The translations under genes and the position numbers were made by a program. Below, in pieces: positions 36,201 to 42,935 of a stretch of DNA of 44,818 bases. The stretch spans positions 1 to 44,818 of IMG/VR virus record IMGVR_UViG_3300045988_101875. One strand, 5' to 3'. The notes below the pieces were generated by a model. That model made no database searches and had not been told where the DNA came from. It worked only from the letters and a program-made list of their open reading frames with translations. This DNA comes from a virus. Position 1 is the stretch's first letter. The number at the start of each line of letters is the position of its first letter.

Positions 36201-37453
36201 CTATGTCCACACGCTTAGGCTCTATTGCTGAAATCAATAAAGACTTTAGGAAAATTGTAGACCCTAACATTAGTGATTCTGTCCTTGATAAAATCTTATA
36301 TCCTATCAAAGTATTATGGAATTGGAATGTAGCATATGGTGAAGCTATGGAACAGTTACCACGTATGGCTCTTTATCGACGTGCTAAAGGACGTGGTGCT
36401 TCTATGATTGAAGCTGCTATGGTTGCTTCTGACAGTACCCTTAATTTTGCGAAGAGTGGTACTACTGTTAAAATTCTTAACAGACATACACCTTTTTTAA
36501 ATGCTGCTTTTCAAGGTACTTTAAAGACAGCTAGAGAGCTTTCTAAAACTCCTCTCAGTGTTGGTCTTGCTATGGCAGAGCATGTACTATTCCCTACCTT
36601 GTTACTGTGGTATTGGAACAAGGATGAAGATTGGTATAAGGACATGCCAATGGAGATGAAGAATAAAGCGTGGTACATCAAGATAGGAGATACTATCTAT
36701 GATTATCCTAAACCCCCCTTTATCGGACAATTATCCGGTTCTATACCTGAGCGATTATTAGATGTTATGTCTGAGGGTGAAGATAAGCAAGTTATTGCTG
36801 ATGCTGTCTATAAGCTCATCAAAGACCTTGCCCCTTCCGGTGCTCCTCCTATCATAGAGAAATTCTATGAATGGCAGACAAACCACTCTATGTATCGTAA
36901 TCGTCCTCTTGTTGACCAACGTCTTGAAAAGCTTAGTCCTAAGAACCAATACAATCAATATACCTCTATGCCAGCACGTTGGATTGGTCAGGCAACTAAC
37001 CTCTCACCTATCAAGATAGACAATACAATCTATGGTCTCACAGGCTCTATGGGTTATGCCCTTATGAATGCTGTGGATACGGTGGCTAGGGATAATATTA
37101 CCCCCAGCAAGAAATGGACTGAATATACTCGCTTTACTTATACTGAGGGTACAGGTACTTCCCGCAGCAAGGATGTATTCTTTGGTGGTCTTGATAAGCT
37201 GGAGACACAATATGCAGATGCCTCTTTTGAGGGTAGGAAGCCTAAGGTGGACAAAGAACTTAAAGGTATGCGTAAAGCTAGGGCAGATGCTATGAAAGTT
37301 TCTAAGGCTATCAGGGAGCTGTATGCAGACAAAACTATGGATGCAGACACTAAGCGTGCTAAACTTGATGAGCTGAATAAGAAACAAAATAGTATTTTCA
37401 GAACTGCCAATAAGAAATACTTAAATTACAAATATATACAAGTCCCAAAATAA
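33266..37453 (+). CDS. Internal virion protein D (gp16-like, 1395 aa) containing an HExxH zinc-metallopeptidase-like motif.
   Basis: Size and position as gp16. ICHEIGHGL motif at 34574-34588. Confidence 0.7.
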   Translation: MSIIEDLNKLGDESYGDLQAKGEEQLQKIQHQGYNPFDDFAGAVTEWIADINKSGQKLAVAAGEAYKTGNFDAIDDMSLPDTDASSSSPAQEKVAQALQDAVDDARYVATKDPLTLVGDVAGAASPWIPLAVQVPIMVHEMQKAQEVENAPDMSDQAKASLLPMMAGTVAASVTHGVGGLLSKAAPTVSKVMTTPFVGSGIAAGTVLAMDENVRKYAEEHPARFAVSQFLTDTAIGAKKIAKADWSAKTTPITDAEIVSEKTNPATEVMADKTKVEETNKKLGSPTKEKNKRKRKHRKQHRENVWDVDNDYEEMVTPAQVTKREPKTTAEKAYPEQMPEQQMQQDAIANQLAKEHLEARQTPEIMQGAHGDELKYSKDNLYPHPVSAEDIWETAKAMFPIRPGRLDLADSDRTLGYFMPHGKGIRIRGFRAWSVICHEIGHGLSDKFGWGKDTAVQKELYDGATSIWQHGEYGNRYAPENYTTYVEEGRAAFMNEYCVNPEMAKKHFPLAYAEFEKAIASDRFYQAQMNLLGQQVRRWGSQSDFSKAAGMFHWADKELGKRIDKLIGTWTATKKHFAWEYADLDESIRAYEDNQGVKIAMENDPAVLAQYAKQAGNDTVGCLLNGNNLGTRAAVKMMQTKFNIALNNVVATDILKPLDAQGKRGAELQKWLKETEYRDFYDAWNTYQVAKHELEVMATGRKTTHTYAECKKIIAKAEELPEMKLASDLWKQWNENVLRIAVAGQILPREVANKFLKEYPEYIPMTRSFEIEGTSDFLASHKAMTVEGSERIIKDPLVQAVKNMQSIVTKVERNRVGLALADLAQGEKGHFLMMPVKDGKYKHVSQIITVYEDGHPKYYQCMMKGLYEAMTSEDGNMSASKLDIIEKISHGAATALRIGSTSTPMFATANLCKDILEATIMNADGRSASHIPLVAPMKIFWQGLQMLNSDNAFGKLIIRNNRERALLRQYKREFRSNGVTMSTRLGSIAEINKDFRKIVDPNISDSVLDKILYPIKVLWNWNVAYGEAMEQLPRMALYRRAKGRGASMIEAAMVASDSTLNFAKSGTTVKILNRHTPFLNAAFQGTLKTARELSKTPLSVGLAMAEHVLFPTLLLWYWNKDEDWYKDMPMEMKNKAWYIKIGDTIYDYPKPPFIGQLSGSIPERLLDVMSEGEDKQVIADAVYKLIKDLAPSGAPPIIEKFYEWQTNHSMYRNRPLVDQRLEKLSPKNQYNQYTSMPARWIGQATNLSPIKIDNTIYGLTGSMGYALMNAVDTVARDNITPSKKWTEYTRFTYTEGTGTSRSKDVFFGGLDKLETQYADASFEGRKPKVDKELKGMRKARADAMKVSKAIRELYADKTMDADTKRAKLDELNKKQNSIFRTANKKYLNYKYIQVPK

Positions 37454-37484
37454 TGTGGTATAATACTTATTGGGAGTGATGCTT

Positions 37485-37829
37485 ATGCAAAGATTTAAGA
37501 TAAAAAATGTGGAGAAGTATTTAACTATCATTGTTTGGACGATGCTAATCTCAGTTGTATTTTGCATAATATTTGACATAGAGGGTTCAAAAGTTTTTGT
37601 AGATGTTGTGACAGGAGGTTTTGTCTATCTTTTCTTTGGTAGTTTTGCATTTTGCATAGTAGTTATGATAGTCTCTTTTCTTTTTAATGCTATTTGTGAG
37701 ATACGTAAAAAGAAAGACAATAAACTTATCGCTACTATATCTCTTATCCTTTTTCTTATATTCTTTGCTATTACATTTATTTTTGATAGTGGCATAGATA
37801 TTCCCTATGCTCGCTTCTATGCTAGATAA
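37485..37829 (+). CDS. Small multi-pass membrane protein (3-4 TM), AT-rich; looks like an acquired moron.
   Basis: Hydrophobic segments LTIIVWTMLISVVFCIIF, VYLFFGSFAFCIVVMIVSFLF and LIATISLILFLIFFAITFIF. SD gggagtg 6 nt upstream of ATG 37485. Confidence 0.55.
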   Translation: MQRFKIKNVEKYLTIIVWTMLISVVFCIIFDIEGSKVFVDVVTGGFVYLFFGSFAFCIVVMIVSFLFNAICEIRKKKDNKLIATISLILFLIFFAITFIFDSGIDIPYARFYAR

Positions 37830-37917
37830 CATTCTCCCCGAGGTGATTCCAATGTACAGCCACTAACTCCATACCTACCCTTGTTCCTTTTCCATCCAAT
37901 GAAAGGAGTTCTGTCCC

Positions 37918-38472
37918 ATGGAATTAAGTGCTGATATTCAACGTGAAATACAGCAACAGTTTAAAAATAGCTATGCCCAACTTTTAGCGGACATAACTCG
38001 TATCTATGAGCAGGGTGCTATGCGTGATGCCCTCACAGGACTGTACAATAAGCAAGCCTTTGAGCGTGACAGTACCACTAATCACTTTGGTTTCGTTGGT
38101 ATCCTTTTCGCAGACATCAATGGTCTGAAATATACCAATGACCACTTTGGACACAGTGCAGGGGATAAACTGATAAAGGACTTTGCAGCTAAGCTTAAGG
38201 AAACCTTTATCTCCCCTATTTATAACTGTTATCATATATCAGGTGATGAGTTTATAGTAGCTGGGTTTGATATTAAAATCCACGAGTTTCTTGGAAGTGT
38301 GTTGTCTTTCCATAAGTCCCTATGGGATAAAGACAACCCTCCCCTAGCTGCTTTAGGCTACTCTGCTGGTGTCTTCTCAGATATTGCAGAGATTACAGAG
38401 TGCGCAGAAAAAGCAATGTATGAAGACAAACAAAAATTTTATGATAATTTTCCTCAGATGAGGAGACAATAA
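37918..38472 (+). CDS. Stand-alone GGDEF-domain protein (diguanylate-cyclase-like). The catalytic motif reads SGDEF, and it has no sensor domain and no I-site.
   Basis: RDALTGLYNKQAF, DINGLKYTNDHFGHSAGD and HISGDEFIV align to the PleD/WspR GGDEF domain. SD aaaggag 10 nt upstream. Confidence 0.75.
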   Translation: MELSADIQREIQQQFKNSYAQLLADITRIYEQGAMRDALTGLYNKQAFERDSTTNHFGFVGILFADINGLKYTNDHFGHSAGDKLIKDFAAKLKETFISPIYNCYHISGDEFIVAGFDIKIHEFLGSVLSFHKSLWDKDNPPLAALGYSAGVFSDIAEITECAEKAMYEDKQKFYDNFPQMRRQ

Positions 38473-38483
38473 ATTGAATTGTG

Positions 38484-38522
38484 ACCGCTGGCTCTTTAAG
38501 AGCTGGTGGTCTTTTTATTTTT
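38484..38522 (+). terminator. Weak hairpin plus T-tract upstream of the tail fiber gene.
   Basis: gctggctctttaagagctggtgg followed by ctttttattttt; imperfect stem. Confidence 0.3.
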
Positions 38523-38531
38523 GTAAAGGAG

Positions 38532-40229
38532 ATGATTAATATAGCTATTAAATTGGCAACCTCCATTACTTACACAGCAGATGGTTCTCAAACGAATTTC
38601 TCTATTCCCTTTGATTACCTACGCCCTTCCTTTGTGCATGTGGCTGTGAATGATGCTGAGGTATCTGAAGGATTCACTGTAAGTAATCGTGGAATTATGT
38701 TTGATACTGCTCCTGCAAAGGATGCCCTTGTCAAAATTTATCGTAAGACCCCTACCTCTCGTTTGGTGTCTTGGGCAGATGCTAGTATCCTGAAAGCTAT
38801 AGATATGACTATTGCAGAAGTGCAACAGTTGCATATCTTAGAGGAAACTTCTGATTGGACTAAGACAAACTCTATGGCACTCAATGATGAGGGTACTGCA
38901 TGGCAGGGTTGGAAGCATCGTATAGAAAATGTTGCTGACCCTGTGGATGCACAGGATGTTGTAACCAAACACTACTTAGACAACGAAGAAGGTTCGTTCA
39001 CAGCAACAATGAACGCCCTTAAAACCAAGACAGAAGAAGCTGCAAGTACCGCAGAAACCAATGCCAAACAAGCACGTTTTAATGCGGAGAAGGCTGATTC
39101 TGCTGCTGTTGGTGCAGAGCGTGATGCTGCAACTGCTTTGAAGTCTGCAAACAATGCAAAGACTAGCGAAACCAATGCTGACACCAGCAAAGAAGCAGCA
39201 CAAACTGCTGCTACCAATGCAGGTAACTTTGCAACTAGCGCAAGTCAGAGTGCTAATGAAGCTCAAAATTATCGAGATGCTGCAAAAAACTATGCAACTA
39301 ATGCTAAGAATTATAGTGAGAATGTCAATGTATTTGTCCCTAGTGTATCTACGGATGGTGTCTTAAGCTGGTCTAATAAAGCAGGACTTACTAACCCTCC
39401 CTCTGTGAACATTAAGGGTAAAGATGGTGCTGATGGTGGTGTAACTGTTGATGATGCCCTCTCTGATACCTCTACTAATGCTATTCAGAACAAAGTAGTA
39501 AAAGCTGCACTTGATAACAGAGCAGTGCTTGATGAAGCTAACACTTTTACTTCTCCTAATAGATTTGATGATATTTATATGGCAGATGGCATGAGTAGTC
39601 TTAAGTGGTATAATGGTTCGCCTAACTTTGTTGTTGCTTCTATCAATTCTGAAAGATACACAGGTGAAGCAAACACGGCAAAGAAAGCATCAAAAGACAG
39701 TGCAGGTAATGTAATTACTGATACTTACGCTACCAAAACAGAACTCAATAGCTGTGTTAAGACTGTTAATAATGTTGCCCCGGATGCTAGTGGTAATGTC
39801 AATATTACTGCTAGTGGTGGAGGCAGTAGTAGTAATGGTGTAAGCCTATCGGCACAGAACACATGGACAGCCCAACAGACCTTTGATATTGCATTGTTAG
39901 AGTTTGAAAAATATGTAACTGCATACGATAGTGGTACATCTCTCACGCCCATGAAATCTACTGCTGTCTATACAGCAACAGGTAACTTTACGCTGGACTT
40001 AACAACAGATACTTATTTACTTAGTAATGGACAATCACAGGTGCTTACAGTCTACATTAAGTCAAGTGCGGACTATGCGTTAACCTTAAAGGGAGCAGGA
40101 ACAGTTAAATATATTGGAGCTGCATCCGATTTAGCAATCACTAGCACAGGATTATTGCTCAACATCCTTATGATGTCTGATAGCAGCGGTGGCATTACAA
40201 GCATCGTACAGGCATCCAAGTTATCATAA
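38532..40229 (+). CDS. Tail fiber protein (T7 gp17-like).
   Basis: MINIAIKLATSITYTADGSQTNFSIPFDYL aligns with T7 gp17 MANVIKTVLTYQLDGSNRDFNIPFEYL. Central Ala/Asn/Thr-rich coiled coil. Confidence 0.85.
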   Translation: MINIAIKLATSITYTADGSQTNFSIPFDYLRPSFVHVAVNDAEVSEGFTVSNRGIMFDTAPAKDALVKIYRKTPTSRLVSWADASILKAIDMTIAEVQQLHILEETSDWTKTNSMALNDEGTAWQGWKHRIENVADPVDAQDVVTKHYLDNEEGSFTATMNALKTKTEEAASTAETNAKQARFNAEKADSAAVGAERDAATALKSANNAKTSETNADTSKEAAQTAATNAGNFATSASQSANEAQNYRDAAKNYATNAKNYSENVNVFVPSVSTDGVLSWSNKAGLTNPPSVNIKGKDGADGGVTVDDALSDTSTNAIQNKVVKAALDNRAVLDEANTFTSPNRFDDIYMADGMSSLKWYNGSPNFVVASINSERYTGEANTAKKASKDSAGNVITDTYATKTELNSCVKTVNNVAPDASGNVNITASGGGSSSNGVSLSAQNTWTAQQTFDIALLEFEKYVTAYDSGTSLTPMKSTAVYTATGNFTLDLTTDTYLLSNGQSQVLTVYIKSSADYALTLKGAGTVKYIGAASDLAITSTGLLLNILMMSDSSGGITSIVQASKLS

Positions 40230-40241
40230 AGAGGTGACAAT

Positions 40242-40694
40242 ATGGGACTTAATCGCTTATTTATGTACAAAAAGACAGATAGTGGCAGCGGAGGTGGTGG
40301 TACTGAAACACCGGAGAATGTTTTTACCATGACGATGGGGCAGCAAGGTTCACAATTTGGTTATAGTAGATACAATGCAACCATCGGTGAAGTTGAAGGT
40401 GAGGTGTACCATGACGGCAAAGCAGTAACTCTTGTAATGATGAGCTATTATGGTGGTTGGCTTGACGTAGCTTTTAAGGTAGACGGAGTAACGAGTGGTA
40501 GTTATAATATCAATCTCAACCTCACGCCTATGGAAACAGGTGTTACTGTAAATTTAGCGGTAGGCAAGATTTCCTATGGTGGTGCTAGTACAGGTTTTTA
40601 TACATATGTCCAAAAAGTACCCTCAAATATCTCTAGTATGTTTACTGCTGCTAACGTGGGAAAGAAATTTAGAGTCGAAATTATCTTTAACTAA
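40242..40694 (+). CDS. Hypothetical beta-rich protein downstream of the fiber gene (possible receptor-binding accessory protein).
   Basis: Position only. Confidence 0.4.
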   Translation: MGLNRLFMYKKTDSGSGGGGTETPENVFTMTMGQQGSQFGYSRYNATIGEVEGEVYHDGKAVTLVMMSYYGGWLDVAFKVDGVTSGSYNINLNLTPMETGVTVNLAVGKISYGGASTGFYTYVQKVPSNISSMFTAANVGKKFRVEIIFN

Positions 40695-40703
40695 GGAGGA
40701 CAA

Positions 40704-41207
40704 ATGAAAACAACCTATACATATAAAAATAAAGACTACACAACCTTCCGAGAGCTTTCTGAAACTCTAGGCAAAGATGGCATCTTTATCCCTCTGTCTA
40801 TTTCCGAGGAATCCCTTAAAGACTTAGGTGTCACTATAACCACCGAAGAAGAAAGTCTTGAAAGTATCAAAGAACACAAGATTCTTACTCTTAAGATTCA
40901 ACGTGATAACTTAGAGGTAGAACCAATTACTTACCAAGGCTATGCTTTTGACTATGACAGCAAGGCAAGAGATAGAATCAGTGCTGCTATTATTGCTCTT
41001 GAAGTGGCAGGTTCTTCTGCCCTGCTCACATGGACTACCACAGACAATCAAGATGTAAAAGTATCTGCATCTGACCTGCGTGGTGTTATTGCACAGGTTG
41101 CGTTGAGAAGTGATAAACTTCACACAGCTTATAGAAAAGCTAAGGAAAAAGTCGAAGCTGCTACAACTAAAGAAGAAGTTGAAGCTGTTGAATTAATTAT
41201 GGAATAA
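40704..41207 (+). CDS. Tail-fiber-assembly-like protein (DUF4376-like C-terminus).
   Basis: C-terminal ...LTWTTTDNQDVKVSASDLRGVIAQVALRSDKLHTAYRKAK...EEVEAVE pattern. Located after the fiber gene. Confidence 0.45.
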   Translation: MKTTYTYKNKDYTTFRELSETLGKDGIFIPLSISEESLKDLGVTITTEEESLESIKEHKILTLKIQRDNLEVEPITYQGYAFDYDSKARDRISAAIIALEVAGSSALLTWTTTDNQDVKVSASDLRGVIAQVALRSDKLHTAYRKAKEKVEAATTKEEVEAVELIME

Positions 41208-41229
41208 AAAGACAGGGTTGTTGTCTTTT
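41207..41229 (+). terminator. Hairpin aaaagaca/tgtctttt (7-nt loop) after the fiber-assembly gene; possible terminator.
   Basis: The U-tract is part of the stem, so this is not a classical terminator. Confidence 0.35.
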
Positions 41230-41269
41230 CCCTTTAGGGGTTTATGGGTGGGCAGAAAGGATTTTTATT

Positions 41270-41506
41270 ATGGAAAAGAATCGTAAAAAGGCTCGTGCTT
41301 GGCTTAAGTCCTCTACTCTCACTGAGTACAAGGCAATCACAACAGAAGCTAAGCTCACACCAAGACAACAAGACATCCTTGACAAAATCATCATTAGTGA
41401 CTACTCCCAGCAAAAGCTTGCTATGGAGTACCACGAGGATGTGTCTTGTATCAAACGTGCCTTAAGACAAATATATGACAAAGTATATCTTGTCCTTTTC
41501 AAGTAA
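41270..41506 (+). CDS. GerE/LuxR-type (sigma-70 region-4-like) stand-alone HTH protein.
   Basis: LTPRQQDILDKIIISDYSQQKLAMEYHEDVSCIKRALRQIYDKV matches the LuxR/sigma-r4 HTH pattern. 78 aa. Confidence 0.55.
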   Translation: MEKNRKKARAWLKSSTLTEYKAITTEAKLTPRQQDILDKIIISDYSQQKLAMEYHEDVSCIKRALRQIYDKVYLVLFK

Positions 41507-41580
41507 CTTTATAGACATTTAGTTACAACTTTCAATTCCTTAATTCATGTTATCATAATAGCAGGAGGTGACTAGTCACT

Positions 41581-41763
41581 ATGCAATATAACATGAACCA
41601 AAACAAACTTATGCAAATGATGATGATGCAAGCCTTGAAACAGGTTTCTCCTGAACTGTTAGCAATGGTTGAGGAAGAAGCTCGTAAGCGTGGGATGTCG
41701 AATGAAGACATCAACGCAGGTAAAGCGTACATCAACCAAGTTCAAAAAGGAGTTGAAAAGTAA
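41581..41763 (+). CDS. Hypothetical Met-rich small protein.
   Basis: SD aggaggtg. Confidence 0.4.
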   Translation: MQYNMNQNKLMQMMMMQALKQVSPELLAMVEEEARKRGMSNEDINAGKAYINQVQKGVEK

Positions 41764-42299
41764 TGGAAATGGCTAATGCTGGCGTAGGTCTCGGTGATGC
41801 CCTGATGCTCGCCAAACAAGGTTCTAATGGTAATGAGATGTGGAATAACCCCTTTGTTTACCTTATCCTCTTAGCTGCCTTTGGCGGTGGCTTTGGTGGT
41901 TTCGGTGGTTGGGGTGGCAATGGTTCTGCTTTCCAAGGCACTGTAACTCGTGCAGAACTGTCTGAAGGCTTAGACAACCAAGACATCAAAGCTAGTCTGC
42001 GTGGTATCCAAAGCGGTTTATGTGATGGCTTCTACACTGTAGGCATGAACGAAAAAGAAACCGGATACAAAGTAGCTAGTGTTGGTGAGAGTATCAATCG
42101 TAACATTGATGCCCTGCGCTTTGAGGGTGCTGCAAACACCTGTAAGGTTACCACCGCCATCCATGAGGAAGGTGAGAAAACTCGTGCTCTGATTACCTGC
42201 AACACTATGCAAGCTCTGCGTGATAAGCTGGCAGATAAGGATAGAGAACTGCTCTATCTGAAACTTAAGTTACCTGCTACCACTACTGCTACTGCATAA
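41763..42299 (+). CDS. Membrane protein with Gly-rich TM segment (FVYLILLAAFGGGFGGFGGWGG) and C-terminal coiled coil; possible spanin or other lysis component.
   Basis: Topology read from the sequence. Lies in the lysis-gene neighbourhood. Confidence 0.4.
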   Translation: MEMANAGVGLGDALMLAKQGSNGNEMWNNPFVYLILLAAFGGGFGGFGGWGGNGSAFQGTVTRAELSEGLDNQDIKASLRGIQSGLCDGFYTVGMNEKETGYKVASVGESINRNIDALRFEGAANTCKVTTAIHEEGEKTRALITCNTMQALRDKLADKDRELLYLKLKLPATTTATA

Positions 42300-42306
42300 T
42301 GTTACC

Positions 42307-42340
42307 GAGGGTTGGCTAGAAGCTGACCCTCTTTTATTTT
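42307..42340 (+). terminator. Rho-independent terminator.
   Basis: 10-bp stem gagggttggc/gctgaccctc (two G-U pairs), then ttttatttt. Confidence 0.7.
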
Positions 42341-42355
42341 ATTATGGAGGATATT

Positions 42356-42526
42356 ATGGACAATGAAATTGTAAAGACAACCCCTCCTATTGGTGTCTCC
42401 ACCCTATCCCTCATGGGCATCCCTCTGTCCGATTGGGTGTATATTGTCACCATTATGTATGTCTTGATTCAGATTTGGGTCTTGTTGTATAAGACCTTTT
42501 TTAAAAAGGAGGAATGTAATAAGTGA
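42356..42526 (+). CDS. Holin-like small membrane protein.
   Basis: TM segments. Immediately upstream of and overlapping the endolysin. SD ggagga. Confidence 0.45.
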   Translation: MDNEIVKTTPPIGVSTLSLMGIPLSDWVYIVTIMYVLIQIWVLLYKTFFKKEECNK

Positions 42527-42879
42527 AATTATCTGCTCATTTTGATTCTAGTGAATTTGCCTGTAAATGTGGCTGTGGTGGTCTCCACAATGGTGCTGAC
42601 ATCAATCCACGGCTTGTACAGGTATTAGAGCGTATGCGTGCTATCATTGGCAAGCCTTTGGTGCTGTCCTGTGGTTACCGCTGTCCTGCCCACAATGCTG
42701 AGGTAGGTGGCGTGTCTAACAGCCAGCATATCTATGGTACTGCTGCGGATGTGCAATGCCCTGATGGTGTTATGTTGCAGACTTTGTATGATGCTGCAGT
42801 AACTGCAGGTGCTGATGGTATTGGTATCTATAGCTGGGGTGTCCATGTGGATGTCCGTGGCTATCCTGCACGTTGGTAA
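42523..42879 (+). CDS. Endolysin, peptidase M15 (YcbK/DUF882-like zinc D,D- or L,D-peptidase).
   Basis: FDSSEFACKCGCGG...PLVLSCGYRCPAHNAEVGGVSNSQHIYGTAADV motif. GTG start with SD aaaggagg. Confidence 0.75.
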   Translation: MKLSAHFDSSEFACKCGCGGLHNGADINPRLVQVLERMRAIIGKPLVLSCGYRCPAHNAEVGGVSNSQHIYGTAADVQCPDGVMLQTLYDAAVTAGADGIGIYSWGVHVDVRGYPARW

Positions 42880-42886
42880 GATTTAC

Positions 42887-42916
42887 GAGGGAGCTTAGTC
42901 TCCCTCTTTTATTTTT
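42887..42916 (+). terminator. Rho-independent terminator after the endolysin.
   Basis: gagggag/ctccctc stem, then ttttattttt. Confidence 0.7.
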
Positions 42917-42935
42917 AAAGGAGGTCTATATAGAT

